NCBI GenBank assembly: GCA_963701965.1
Contig: OY969695.1
Location: 1,248,001 to 1,312,000, forward strand
Length of the DNA: 64,000 nucleotides
Direction of reading: 5' to 3'
From: an uncultured Gemmatimonadales bacterium
Lineage (GTDB): Bacteria > Gemmatimonadota > Gemmatimonadetes > Gemmatimonadales > Gemmatimonadaceae
In this document: in pieces, positions 46,094-56,159 of the stretch
Numbering within the stretch: position 1 is the stretch's first letter
How the letters are laid out: every line of letters starts with the position of its first letter
Notes under the pieces: model-generated
The model's input: the letters and a program-made list of their open reading frames with translations, nothing else
The model's database searches: none
What the model was told of the DNA's origin: nothing
Made by a program: the position numbers and the translations under genes

Positions 46094-47905
46094 ATGGCTG
46101 AGTACGAGACACTGACGCACGATGTTCTGGTCATCGGCGCCGGCGGGGCCGGCTTGCGCGCGGCCATCGGCGCCGCGGCCGAGGGCGTCCGCGTGGGACT
46201 GGTGTGCAAGTCGCTGCTCGGCAAGGCCCATACCGTGATGGCCGAAGGCGGCGTCGCGGCAGCGCTGGCCAACGTCGACGATCGGGACAATTGGAAGGTG
46301 CACTTCGCCGACACGATGCGCGGCGGGCAGTACATCAACAATTGGCGGATGGCGGAGATCCACGCCAAGGAAGCGCCGGACCGGGTCCGCGAGTTGGAAG
46401 CGTGGGGCGCGTTGTTCGATCGCACGAAAGACGGGCGCATTCTCCAGCGCAACTTCGGCGGTCACCGTTATCCCCGCTTGGCCCACGTCGGCGACCGCAC
46501 GGGCCTGGAGATGATCCGAACGCTCCAGGACCACGGGATCCATCAAGGGATCGACGTGCGCATGGAGTACACGGTCCTGACGCTGCTCGCCGACGGCGAG
46601 CGCGTCTCCGGCGCATTGGCGTATGACCGGGAACGTGGGCGGTTCACCGTGTTTCGCAGCCGGGCCGTGGTGCTGGCGACGGGCGGAGTCGGGCGCGCGT
46701 TCAAGATCACGAGCAACAGTTGGGAGTACACGGGCGACGGGCAGGCGCTGGCGTACGAAGCGGGAGCCGCCCTGCAGGACATGGAGTTCGTGCAATTCCA
46801 TCCGACCGGGATGGTCTGGCCACCGAGTGTCCGCGGCATTCTCGTGACCGAGGGCGTGCGCGGCGAAGGGGGCGTGCTCAAGAACCGCGACGGGAAGCGG
46901 TTCATGTTCGACGATATCCCCGAGAACTACCGCGCGCAGACCGCGAGTGATCCGGAGGAGGGTTGGCGCTATACCCAGGGCGACAAAGCCGCCCGGCGAC
47001 CGCCCGAGCTCTTGACCCGCGACCACGTGGCGCGGTGCATCATGCGCGAGGTCCGCGACGGACGCGGCAGCCCGCATGGCGGCGTGTTCCTCGACATCGC
47101 GTGGATCAAAGAGCGGTTGCCCAACGCCGCGGAGCACATCAAGAAGAAGCTGCCCTCGATGTATCACCAGTTCAAAGCGCTCGCCGACATCGACATCACG
47201 AAGGAGCCGATGGAGGTCGGGCCGACCACGCACTACATCATGGGCGGCATTCACGTGGACGGCGACAGCCAGATGTCGACCGTGCCCGGTCTGTTCGCGG
47301 CTGGCGAGTGCGCGGCCGGCCTGCACGGCGCCAATCGCCTGGGCGGCAATTCTCTGTCGGATCTGCTCGTATTCGGCAAACGGGCCGGAGAGTATGCCGC
47401 GCGCTTCGCGCGCGAGCATGGGGACACGCGCGTGGACGCGAGACAGGTCGAGGCCGCCGAGCATAAAGCCTTGGAACCGTTCGAGCGAGCGCCGGGAGAG
47501 GGACCGTATCAGATTCAGGAAGCCTTGCAGGACGCGATGCAGAACTTTGTGGGTATCGTGCGCCGCGACGACGACATGCGCCGCGCCGTGCAGACGATCG
47601 AGGCGTTGACGGCGCGGGCGGAGCGGGTGGCCGTCAGTGGCAATCGCGAGTACAACCCCGGGTGGCACACCGCACTCGATCTCGGCAACTTGCTCGTCGT
47701 CTCGCGAGCGATCGCGCTCTCGGCGATTGAGCGCAAAGAGAGTCGTGGCGGGCATTTTCGCGACGACTATCCGGAGAAAGACCCGGCCTACGGGAAGTTC
47801 AACATCGTCGTCCGGAAGAGCGCGGACGGTCGCATGGAGCTGACGCGCGAGCCGATCGCGCCGCTGCCCGATGCGCTGGCCTCCGTCATCAAGGAGATGG
47901 GATGA
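46094..47905 (+). CDS. sdhA: Succinate dehydrogenase/fumarate reductase flavoprotein subunit
   Basis: GAGGAGLRAA, KAHTVMAEGG (covalent-FAD His), QFHPTG, TEGVRGEGG, HYIMGG, HGANRLGGNSL, ESRGGH. Confidence 0.95.
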   Translation: MAEYETLTHDVLVIGAGGAGLRAAIGAAAEGVRVGLVCKSLLGKAHTVMAEGGVAAALANVDDRDNWKVHFADTMRGGQYINNWRMAEIHAKEAPDRVRELEAWGALFDRTKDGRILQRNFGGHRYPRLAHVGDRTGLEMIRTLQDHGIHQGIDVRMEYTVLTLLADGERVSGALAYDRERGRFTVFRSRAVVLATGGVGRAFKITSNSWEYTGDGQALAYEAGAALQDMEFVQFHPTGMVWPPSVRGILVTEGVRGEGGVLKNRDGKRFMFDDIPENYRAQTASDPEEGWRYTQGDKAARRPPELLTRDHVARCIMREVRDGRGSPHGGVFLDIAWIKERLPNAAEHIKKKLPSMYHQFKALADIDITKEPMEVGPTTHYIMGGIHVDGDSQMSTVPGLFAAGECAAGLHGANRLGGNSLSDLLVFGKRAGEYAARFAREHGDTRVDARQVEAAEHKALEPFERAPGEGPYQIQEALQDAMQNFVGIVRRDDDMRRAVQTIEALTARAERVAVSGNREYNPGWHTALDLGNLLVVSRAIALSAIERKESRGGHFRDDYPEKDPAYGKFNIVVRKSADGRMELTREPIAPLPDALASVIKEMG

Positions 47906-48684
47906 CCGTGACCGACACGGCGACTTTTCGAGTGTGGCGTGGGGATGCGCGGGGCGGCGCGTTCCGCGACTACACGGCCACGATCACGCCCGGGCTGGTC
48001 GTGCTCGACGTGATCCACCAGATCCAGGCCGAGCAGGCCAACGATTTGGCCGTGCGTTGGAATTGCAAGGCCGGCAAATGCGGCTCGTGCTCGGCCGAGA
48101 TCAACGGGAAACCCCGGCTCATGTGCATGACGCGGCTCAGCGACTTGGCGCTGGACGCGCCGGTGACCGTCGAGCCCATGCGTGCGTTTCCGCTGGTCAA
48201 GGACCTGGTCACCGACGTATCGTGGAACTTCCGCGTCAAGCGTTCGATCGCGCCCTTCAAGCCCCGGAAGCCGGACGCGCCCGACGGCACGTGGCGCGTG
48301 CAGCAGGCCGATGTCGATCGCGTGCAGGAGTTCCGCAAGTGCATCGAATGCTTCCTCTGCCAGGATGTCTGCCACGTCCTGCGCGAGCACCAGGACATGG
48401 ACCGTTTCATCGGACCACGGCACCTGGTCTACGCGGCGGCCTTGGAGATGCACCCCCTCGACGTCGCCGACCGGGTGCCCGATCTCAAGCAGAAGAACGG
48501 CATCGGGTACTGCAACATCACGAAGTGCTGCACGAACGTCTGCCCGGAGGGTATCACGATCACGGACAACGCGATCATTCCCCTCAAGGAGCGGGTGGTC
48601 GACGCGTTCTACGATCCATTGGGGAAGCTGGTGCAGATTTTCTCGAGGAAGCGCGATGCACAAACTCAAGTCGATCACTCTTGA
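47902..48684 (+). CDS. sdhB: Succinate dehydrogenase iron-sulfur subunit
   Basis: CKAGKCGSC..LMC, CIECFLCQDVC, CNITKCCTNVCP. Confidence 0.95.
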   Translation: MTVTDTATFRVWRGDARGGAFRDYTATITPGLVVLDVIHQIQAEQANDLAVRWNCKAGKCGSCSAEINGKPRLMCMTRLSDLALDAPVTVEPMRAFPLVKDLVTDVSWNFRVKRSIAPFKPRKPDAPDGTWRVQQADVDRVQEFRKCIECFLCQDVCHVLREHQDMDRFIGPRHLVYAAALEMHPLDVADRVPDLKQKNGIGYCNITKCCTNVCPEGITITDNAIIPLKERVVDAFYDPLGKLVQIFSRKRDAQTQVDHS

Positions 48685-49156
48685 CGGCGTGGGCGGCGCG
48701 CTGTCCAAGGCCGAGCGCTATCGGCTGATCGGCGACCCAACGGGCGCCGAGAGCATTTGCCTGGACGTGCTGGCCATCGATCCGGGCAATCAGCAGGCCG
48801 TGGCGACGCTGCTCCTGGCGATCACCGATCAGATGCACGACGGGATGGCGGAGGCCGTGCGCCGCGCGCGCGACGTGCTGCCGCAGCTCACCGACGCCTA
48901 TCGCCAGCAGTATTACGCGGGCATCATTTGCGAGCGGCGCGCCAAAGAGCACCTGCGGCGCGGGGGCCCGCGCTCCCACGAAATCGCCGCCGAGTGGTTG
49001 CGGGAAGCCATGGAGTGGTACGAGAAGGCGGAGGTGAGGCGCCCGGTGAATGATGACGGCGCCATCCTCCGGTGGAACACGTGCGCCCGTTTGTTGGATC
49101 GTGGCGAAGCGTTGCATCCCCGGGTCGAGCAGGAGTACGAACCCAGCCTGGAGTAG
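48656..49156 (+). CDS. Hypothetical helical (TPR-like) protein
   Basis: GAGG RBS inside sdhB; AL.KAERYRL..P..AESICLDVL, YYAGIICERRAK, AILRWN.C.R. Confidence 0.75.
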   Translation: MHKLKSITLDGVGGALSKAERYRLIGDPTGAESICLDVLAIDPGNQQAVATLLLAITDQMHDGMAEAVRRARDVLPQLTDAYRQQYYAGIICERRAKEHLRRGGPRSHEIAAEWLREAMEWYEKAEVRRPVNDDGAILRWNTCARLLDRGEALHPRVEQEYEPSLE

Positions 49157-49159
49157 CGT

Positions 49160-50503
49160 ATGTCGTCGCCAGCGCCGTCGCCCTTGTTGTTCCGTTGCAT
49201 CGCGGGACCCGATCAAGGCAAGCGCCTGGCAGTGGGCCAGACGTACGTCCGGATCGGCCGCGCCGCCGACTGCAATGTCCTCTCCGACGATCCGGACGTC
49301 GCCGCCAAACACGTCGTGTTGGCCGCGGACGGGTTGCGCGTCGCCGTGGAAGTCGTCGCCGGCGCGGCCGTCTACGTGGACGGCGTCGAAGTGCGGACGA
49401 CCATCACCGTGGGACACGGGCAACAAGTGCGGGTCGGCCGCTCGCTGTGGGAAGTGGACGCATCGAGCGTCCAGGAAGCCATGCGCACCGGGTTCTTCGG
49501 CAAGGTCGGCAAAGGCGTCGCGGCGGCGGCCGGCGTCGAGCGGCTCCGCGGCTGGAGCGCCGAGCAGATGTTCTCCGATGTCTTCAAGGGTCGCACCGAC
49601 GAAGAGCAAGAGGAGTACTTCAACGTCGGCACGCGCACGACCACGCCGCCATTGGAGGCGATTGACGCCAGCGGATGGCCCAAGCCCTGGGCGTTCGTGC
49701 GGTTTCTCCTGCTGTCGGCGGCCGTGTTCGGATTGTTTGCCTGGGCCTGGTTTCGATTCGGGAACCGCTATCTGATCCCCGGGATGATCCTCGTCGGGTC
49801 GTTCGCGATTCCCTGCTCGATCCTGGTGTTCTTCTTCGAGATGAACGTCGCCCGGAACGTGTCGCTGTATCAGATCATCAAGCTGCTGCTCGTCGGTGGG
49901 ATCGTCTCGGTCGTCGTGTCGCTCCTCTTCTTCCAGTGGACGTCGCTCGACAACTGGCTCGGCGCCATGAGCGCCGGCGTCATCGAGGAGTCCGGCAAGG
50001 CGCTCACGCTGCTCCTCGTCGTGCGCAAGCGGCGCTACCCCTGGACGCTGAATGGCATGCTGTTCGGCGCGACCGTGGGAACCGGCTTCGCCGTGTTCGA
50101 GACGTCCGGCTACGCGCTCGTCAGCGGCATCGACAACGGCCCCGACGCCATGTTCCAGACGATCTATCAACGCGGGGCGTTGAGCGTCCTCGGCGGACAC
50201 GCGCTGTGGACCGCGCTCGTGGGCGCGGCGCTGTGGCGCGTGCGCGGCCAGCGTCCGTTCACGCCGAACATGCTGCGCGATCCGGCGTTCGTCCGGGTGC
50301 TGCTGCTGTGCATGGGACTGCACATGCTCTGGAATTCGCCGATCACGCTGCCCCTCGACATCAAATTCATCGCCATCGGGTTTCTGACGTGGATCGCGGT
50401 GCTGAGCTACATCCAGCACGGCCTCAAGGAGATCCGGCTCGCCCAGACCGCGGGCGGCGGAGCGGACGCCATCGTGCTGCCATTGGAAGTCCGGGCCGGA
50501 TGA
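49160..50503 (+). CDS. FHA domain + PrsW-family glutamic intramembrane protease
   Basis: IGRA.DC...SDD.DV...H (FHA-like); AGVIEESGK, G..VG.GFAVFET.GY, GH..WTA..G, LH.LWN. Confidence 0.85.
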   Translation: MSSPAPSPLLFRCIAGPDQGKRLAVGQTYVRIGRAADCNVLSDDPDVAAKHVVLAADGLRVAVEVVAGAAVYVDGVEVRTTITVGHGQQVRVGRSLWEVDASSVQEAMRTGFFGKVGKGVAAAAGVERLRGWSAEQMFSDVFKGRTDEEQEEYFNVGTRTTTPPLEAIDASGWPKPWAFVRFLLLSAAVFGLFAWAWFRFGNRYLIPGMILVGSFAIPCSILVFFFEMNVARNVSLYQIIKLLLVGGIVSVVVSLLFFQWTSLDNWLGAMSAGVIEESGKALTLLLVVRKRRYPWTLNGMLFGATVGTGFAVFETSGYALVSGIDNGPDAMFQTIYQRGALSVLGGHALWTALVGAALWRVRGQRPFTPNMLRDPAFVRVLLLCMGLHMLWNSPITLPLDIKFIAIGFLTWIAVLSYIQHGLKEIRLAQTAGGGADAIVLPLEVRAG

Positions 50504-51975
50504 GCCGCGGCCGGGCGGCGTTCCTGATCGCGCTCGCCGCCAACGTCGCGATTGCGGTCGGTGTCCGGTATTTCCCGTTCGAGGATGCAACCAATCACCT
50601 GGCGCGCTACGTCCTGCTGGAGCGCGCCTGGTGGGGCCCCGGCACATCGTTCATCGCCACGCATCCGGTCCCCGGACCGTACGTCGCTCCCAATGTGATT
50701 GGCGCGCTCCTGGTGCACGCGCTGGGGCCGGCGTGGGCGATGCGGGTCGTCGCCGCGCTCACCGTGAGCGCGATCCCGTTGGGCTTCTACTATCTGCTGA
50801 CGGCGGTCGGCAGCGACGCCGCCGCCTGGGCGGTCGCCGGAGTCCCGATCGGCTTCGGGTTCTTCGTCCACGCGGGATTCATCAACTATGTGATGGGCGT
50901 CGGGACGGCGCTGGCGTTTCTTGGCTTCTGGTGGCCGGCGCGGGCCCGCCCCGGCGCCGGCCGGGTCGTGGCGCTGATCGCCGGTGTGGCCTTGTGCTAC
51001 CTCACGCATCTCTCCGCGGTGCTCATGGTGCTGACCGTCGTCTGGATCGATGCGCTCCTGGCGCGCGATCGCCGCGTCGTGGTCGCGCTCCTCCTGTCCG
51101 CCGCCGCGGTGGGGATGCTGGTATGGACCAAGCGGGCCGCCCCGCCAGCGCCGGCGTCCGACACGGTGATCACGATGGGATCGGTCTGGTGGAAGACGCG
51201 GAATATCTTCGCGCCGTTCTACGTGTACTCCGTGCCCCAAGCCGCGCTCATGTTCGCCGTTTACGCGCTCGCCGTCGGCCTGTTCGTGCGCGCCAACGCG
51301 CCGCTCGTATGGCGGAGCACGTGGGGCGCGGCGATCGGGGCGTTCGCGCTGTTGTACGTGACATTCCCCGTGATGGGCACGGGCGGCGGATACCTGGACA
51401 TGCGCTGGCTCGTTCCCGCGTATCTCCTCGTGTTCTGCCTGGCGGCCGCGGCCAAGGCGCCGACGACCCGCGGGTTGGCGGCGCTGGTCGGAGGCAGTCT
51501 CCTGTCCACCGCGGTGTTGTTCGTCACGATCGTCCGCATCAACCGCGTGCTTGGCGATTACGCGGCCGTGTTGGCGGCGCTCCCGCCGGGACGGACCGTG
51601 TTTCCCATCGTCGCCGATGACCGGAGCTTCGGCGGGCGCGTCATCCCGTACCGGCATTTCGCTTTTTGGTACGAGATCGAGCGGGGCGGGCGAGTGCCCG
51701 CGCTCTTCAACTACGGCGGGGACGGCGGGGGCGCCGAGGTGAACTGGTTCATGCCCTATTTCAATGAGCCGTCGCATCTCTACGCACCGCCCATTGGATG
51801 GTTCGGCGGCGGGATCGTGCAACTGGGACCGCTCGACTGGCCACGCATCGCGCGCGAGTACGACTACGTGGTCGTGGCGGGGACCGACCCGGCCATGCGC
51901 GCGGACGTGGCGGCGCATGCCCGACCCCTGTCGCACTTAGGCAACGTGGCGGTCTATGACCCCAGGTTATATTGA
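50500..51975 (+). CDS. Polytopic membrane protein, possibly GT-C-fold glycosyltransferase
   Basis: ATGA overlap with prsW; P.ED..NHLAR loop after TM1, GF.NY..G, ~11 TMs and a C-terminal soluble domain. Confidence 0.6.
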   Translation: MSRGRAAFLIALAANVAIAVGVRYFPFEDATNHLARYVLLERAWWGPGTSFIATHPVPGPYVAPNVIGALLVHALGPAWAMRVVAALTVSAIPLGFYYLLTAVGSDAAAWAVAGVPIGFGFFVHAGFINYVMGVGTALAFLGFWWPARARPGAGRVVALIAGVALCYLTHLSAVLMVLTVVWIDALLARDRRVVVALLLSAAAVGMLVWTKRAAPPAPASDTVITMGSVWWKTRNIFAPFYVYSVPQAALMFAVYALAVGLFVRANAPLVWRSTWGAAIGAFALLYVTFPVMGTGGGYLDMRWLVPAYLLVFCLAAAAKAPTTRGLAALVGGSLLSTAVLFVTIVRINRVLGDYAAVLAALPPGRTVFPIVADDRSFGGRVIPYRHFAFWYEIERGGRVPALFNYGGDGGGAEVNWFMPYFNEPSHLYAPPIGWFGGGIVQLGPLDWPRIAREYDYVVVAGTDPAMRADVAAHARPLSHLGNVAVYDPRLY

Positions 51976-51979
51976 ACGT

Positions 51980-52669
51980 ATGGTACGCTACTTCGCGGCA
52001 ACCCTGGTCACTCTGGCGGCGTTCGCCGGCATGCGTGTAGCCGGCCACGGCGCCACGGTCAAACTTCCGGAGCCGGCGGTCGACGCGCCGCTGGCTCAAC
52101 GGTCTGGGCAGGAGCACGCGGTGCTGTCAGGCGGCTGCTTCTGGGGCGTGCAAGCAGTCTTCGAGCACGTCAAAGGCGTCACGCGCGTGACGTCCGGGTA
52201 TGCGGGCGGCAAGGCGGACCTCGCGATCTATCAGGTGGTCAGTACCGGGTTGACGGGCCACGCCGAGTCGGTCCAGGTCGACTACGACCCGTCGGTCATC
52301 TCGTACGGTCAGCTGCTCAAGGTGTACTTCTCAGTGGCGCACGACCCGACCGAGCTCAACCGCCAGGGGCCGGACGAGGGGACGCAATATCGGTCCGCGA
52401 TCTGGTACGCGACGCCCGATCAGCAACGGATCGCCAAGGCCTATGTCAAGCAGTTGGAGCAGGCGAAGGTCTTTGACAAGCGGATCGTCACCCAGATCAA
52501 TCCGCTCCAGGGGTTCTATCCGGCCGAGGACTATCACCAGGATTACTTCGTCCACCACCCGGACTACCCGTACATCATCGTCAACGACCGGCCCAAGGTC
52601 GAGCACTTAAAGGACGAATGGCCGGCGATGTACAAGAACTACCCGGACGCAGGGTCCGCGGCGCAGTAG
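51980..52669 (+). CDS. msrA: Peptide-methionine (S)-S-oxide reductase with signal peptide
   Basis: GGCFWG, SGYAGG, GHAESV, NRQGPD.GTQYRSAI, FYPAEDYHQDY. Confidence 0.95.
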   Translation: MVRYFAATLVTLAAFAGMRVAGHGATVKLPEPAVDAPLAQRSGQEHAVLSGGCFWGVQAVFEHVKGVTRVTSGYAGGKADLAIYQVVSTGLTGHAESVQVDYDPSVISYGQLLKVYFSVAHDPTELNRQGPDEGTQYRSAIWYATPDQQRIAKAYVKQLEQAKVFDKRIVTQINPLQGFYPAEDYHQDYFVHHPDYPYIIVNDRPKVEHLKDEWPAMYKNYPDAGSAAQ

Positions 52670-52675
52670 CCGCCG

Positions 52676-54439
52676 CTAAGAGGCCGCCTCGAGCGTGAAC
52701 CGCCGCATCGAGGCGATGAGCTGACCGGCAATGGCGGCCAACCGGTCGCTCGACTGCGCGACCTGGCCCATGGACGCGGTCTGCTCCTCGGCCAGCGCCG
52801 ACACCTGCTGGGCCGTCGCCGCATTCTGCTCCGCCGACGCCGCCACTGAGGTCACCTCGCGCGCGAGGGCATCGGCATCGCTGCGTTGCACGGCGGCCGC
52901 CGTCGTGATGTTGGCCACCGCATCGCGATTCGCCTCCATGTCGCGGACGATGGCGGCCAATGCCTCCTGGGAGGCATCGATGACCGCCTGGCCTTCGCGC
53001 ACGCGCTCATCCACGCTTCCGATGGACCCCGCGGTCCGCGACGCCGCCGCGGCCAGCTCGCCGGCCAGCCGGCGGACCGTCTCTAGCGCCGCGGCACTCC
53101 GCGCGGCCAACTGCTTGACATGTTCGGCGACCACGGCGAACCCGCGTCCACTCTCGCCGGCCCGCGCCGCTTCGATCGCGGCATTCAGCGCCAACAGGTT
53201 CGTCTGCCGCGCGATCCCCTCGATGGTCTGCGTGACTTCGTCGATCTCGGCCGCCTTCCGCGCCAGCTCGGTGACGATGGGCACCGCCTCACGAGTCACG
53301 GCGCTGATCGCCGACATGGCCGTGCGCGCCGCCTGCCCGGCGGAGGCGCTCTCGGTCGCCGACCGGCTCACGGTCATTGCCAGACTGGCCGCGGTCTCGG
53401 CGTGGGACGTGAGCCCTGCCGCGCTGCCGGCGACGCGCTCCGCGGACGCCCCGGCCGTGGTCATGCTCGACGTCTGCTCGGCTGTGGAGGCCGCGATCTG
53501 CTGCGCCGCGCTGGCCACCTGCCCCGCGGAGTCGACCATCTGGTCGGCCTCGGTCCGCAGCACCGTCGCGGTCGTGTGCACCTCGGCGGCCACCGCCGCC
53601 GTCTCGCCCACCAACGTGCGCAAATTCCCCGTCATGTTCCGGAACGCGTCAGCCAGCGCTCCGATCTCGTCGTCCGACTGATAGGCTAGCGCGTGCGTCA
53701 GGTCGCCGCCGGCGATGCGCTTGGCGGCATCCCGCAGCCCGCGCAAGCTGGCCAGCAGCCACCGCACCAACAGCACGAGGATCACAGTCAACACCGTGAA
53801 CGTCAGCGCGGCGAGCGCCGAGCTGTAGGCCACGGCCCGCGTCGCCTCGCGACTCACGGTGGCCAGACGGATGGCCGCCAGCGAGTCCAGTCGCTGCAAC
53901 AGATGCGACAGGAGCTCCGTCGGCACCTTGTCTTGGTCGCGCACGCGGCGGTCGATCTCGCTGGCGTTCCGCCCCCCGGCGGCGTTGAACGCCGCCATCG
54001 CGCTGGCGTATCGCACCGACATGCTGTCGTAGGCCTGGGTGAAGCGCTCGATCTCGTCCGAGGAGACCGGGTCGGGCAGCCGCGTCGTCAGCATGCTGCG
54101 GACGGTGTCCACGTGTTCGCGCACTTCGCGCCCACGGTCGTAAAACGTCCGTGTAAAGTGACTCCGATCGGCGGTATCGGCTCCGCGCAGCAGGAGATTG
54201 CTCCACTCCTGCACCTGCATCTTTTCGGCGACTTCGATCTTGCGCGCTTCCGACCGGGCTTTGACCTCGGTCGAGAAGACGGCGGCGTAGGCGTGCGCGA
54301 CGTGGCGGAGCTCAGTCCACAGCACCGCGCTCACAATGGCACCCGTACAAAGACTCGCCCCGAGCAGCAAGTACAGCTTCGAAGCCAGCGTCAGCTTTCG
54401 CATTTCGTCATATGACGGCCCCGCCTGCGCCGAAGTCAC
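52676..54439 (-). CDS. Methyl-accepting chemotaxis protein (start at GTG 54439 or ATG 54403)
   Basis: TM-periplasmic-TM, HAMP (IA.GDL....DEIG.LA.AF..M), [30 protein letters not shown]. Confidence 0.93.
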   Translation of the reverse strand: MTSAQAGPSYDEMRKLTLASKLYLLLGASLCTGAIVSAVLWTELRHVAHAYAAVFSTEVKARSEARKIEVAEKMQVQEWSNLLLRGADTADRSHFTRTFYDRGREVREHVDTVRSMLTTRLPDPVSSDEIERFTQAYDSMSVRYASAMAAFNAAGGRNASEIDRRVRDQDKVPTELLSHLLQRLDSLAAIRLATVSREATRAVAYSSALAALTFTVLTVILVLLVRWLLASLRGLRDAAKRIAGGDLTHALAYQSDDEIGALADAFRNMTGNLRTLVGETAAVAAEVHTTATVLRTEADQMVDSAGQVASAAQQIAASTAEQTSSMTTAGASAERVAGSAAGLTSHAETAASLAMTVSRSATESASAGQAARTAMSAISAVTREAVPIVTELARKAAEIDEVTQTIEGIARQTNLLALNAAIEAARAGESGRGFAVVAEHVKQLAARSAAALETVRRLAGELAAAASRTAGSIGSVDERVREGQAVIDASQEALAAIVRDMEANRDAVANITTAAAVQRSDADALAREVTSVAASAEQNAATAQQVSALAEEQTASMGQVAQSSDRLAAIAGQLIASMRRFTLEAAS

Positions 54440-55698
54440 CGCCGCGTCAAGAGTCCGACTATCAGCCGCTCGATGTCCCCGGCGGTGCTGGCCACACCGA
54501 ACGACGCCCGGAGGGCCCCGGTCGCCCCATCGCCCTGGAACGCGCGCTCGCCCGCGCCGGGGTTGCAGAAGCATCCACCGCGTACGGCGACGTGCCAGGG
54601 GCGGAGGGCGCACTCCACGCGGTCGAACGCGACAACGTCCCCGTCGGGGTCGAGGATATTGAATGCCACGACCCCACCCCGATCGGGGGCCGGTCCGGGG
54701 CCGTAGACGCGGACCATGGGCGCCCCGCCCGGATGCCGGGCGTCGGCGAGCGCGTCGAGCAGAAGCCCCGTGAGGCAGGCGACGCGCCGTTGCAAGCGGT
54801 CGACGCCCACCTCCCGCACGAACTCCAGTCCGTGCTCCACCGCCGCCAGGGCCAGAAAATCCGGCGTGCCGTCCTCGAAGGCCTCGGCGCCGGCCTTGAG
54901 GCGGTAATCCGGCGTGGCGACCCGCACGTACTCGACGGTGCCGCCGGCGAACCACGGGCGCTCGAGCCGTTCCAGCGCGTCGGTCCGCGCGATCAACGCC
55001 CCCACGCCCGTGGGATAGCCCAGGACCTTGTACAGCGATACGACCACAAACTCCGGCATGAGCTCCCGGAGACGGAGCGGGTTCGTCGGGACATAAGCGG
55101 CCGCATCCAGCAACACGTCGTATCCCCGCTCCCGCGCCGCGCCAATCCACGCGGTGGGGTGCCGGACCCCTGAGAAGTTGGACTGGGCCGGGAACGCGAA
55201 CAGTCCCCGACCCTGCGCCACGGGGGCGAGGTCGGCGGGCGTGGCCGCCAGACGGAGCTCCGCATCGAGCGGGAGATAGTGGACGGGCGCGCCGCCGCGT
55301 TGGGCGAACCGGCGCATGCCATTCACGGAATTGTGGTTGTCGGCCGACAACACCAACGGCGCCTCCGGACCGAACGGGTAACTCTCGCCGATGATCCGGA
55401 TGGCCGCGCTGGCGTTGGCGGTAAAGATCACCGTGTAGTCGGCGGGGTCGGCATCGAGCCACCGCAGCACACTGGCGCGCGCACCCGCAATGACGTCGGC
55501 GCTGGCCCGCGACGCCGCGTGATCGGAGTGCGGATTCCCATGGATCGTGCCCAGCAGGCGGTCGGCGTGGGCGCTCACCCGCGATGCGGGAAAGAGCGCG
55601 GCGCCCGTGTAGTCCAGATACGCGCCCTCCTCGACATCGAGGCGGGCGAACTCGCGCCGACGGAGCGCCGCGAAGTACGGGTCGTCGGGCGTCAACAT
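54436..55698 (-). CDS. Class V PLP enzyme resembling the N-terminal cysteine-desulfurase domain of molybdenum-cofactor sulfurases
   Basis: [73 protein letters not shown]. Confidence 0.88.
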   Translation of the reverse strand: MLTPDDPYFAALRRREFARLDVEEGAYLDYTGAALFPASRVSAHADRLLGTIHGNPHSDHAASRASADVIAGARASVLRWLDADPADYTVIFTANASAAIRIIGESYPFGPEAPLVLSADNHNSVNGMRRFAQRGGAPVHYLPLDAELRLAATPADLAPVAQGRGLFAFPAQSNFSGVRHPTAWIGAARERGYDVLLDAAAYVPTNPLRLRELMPEFVVVSLYKVLGYPTGVGALIARTDALERLERPWFAGGTVEYVRVATPDYRLKAGAEAFEDGTPDFLALAAVEHGLEFVREVGVDRLQRRVACLTGLLLDALADARHPGGAPMVRVYGPGPAPDRGGVVAFNILDPDGDVVAFDRVECALRPWHVAVRGGCFCNPGAGERAFQGDGATGALRASFGVASTAGDIERLIVGLLTRR

Positions 55699-56159
55699 CC
55701 CCGTCGCCAGGAGCGCGTACGGGTCATCGTGGTGTCGGCGCTCAGCCACTCGTCTATGCCGCCGCGCAGCGAATACACGCGCGGGAGACCGGACGCGCGG
55801 AGCAAGAACCAACCTTGGGCCGCGTGCGCGCCGCCCGCCGAATACAGCACGATCGTTTCGGTGGGCCGGAACCCGGCCGTGCGCAGTTGAGACAACGTCA
55901 TGTGCTCGGCGCGCGGAATGTGGCCCACGCGGTAGTCGCTGTCCGACCGGACGTCGATGACCCGGAGATCGGTTCGCCGATCCCGGATCCACGCCGCCAA
56001 CTCCGGCGCCGTCACGTGATCCTCCTCGTGGTCCACGATGCGCGCCAAGGCGTCGAGGTCGACCGCGGTCGTCGCGGGCGGCGCCGGGCTCCGCACGACG
56101 GCGGCGAGCCCCCCGAGCGCGAGCGCGAGTCCGAGGAGCGCGCGATTGACTCGGCTCAC
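55692..56159 (-). CDS. Membrane-anchored/exported rhodanese-like protein lacking the active-site Cys
   Basis: N-terminal hydrophobic helix; VIDVR...[14 protein letters not shown] (Ser where Cys is usual), L.GG..EW; ends RRGC. Confidence 0.8.
   Translation of the reverse strand: MSRVNRALLGLALALGGLAAVVRSPAPPATTAVDLDALARIVDHEEDHVTAPELAAWIRDRRTDLRVIDVRSDSDYRVGHIPRAEHMTLSQLRTAGFRPTETIVLYSAGGAHAAQGWFLLRASGLPRVYSLRGGIDEWLSADTTMTRTRSWRRGC

Noticed and set aside
45269..47755. Long antisense and alternative-frame ORFs (e.g. 45269-47755 -, 48584-50647 -, 58193-60451 +, 26080-27471 +)
   Set aside because: These are shadow ORFs of real genes in high-GC DNA, Arg/Pro/Ala-rich and without motifs.
52676..55462. 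928-aa MCP, and similarly extended starts for istB (6082), the oxidoreductase (34387), the NarL regulator (37595) and the membrane protein (49675)
   Set aside because: The N-terminal extensions overlap neighbouring real genes; the true starts are internal.
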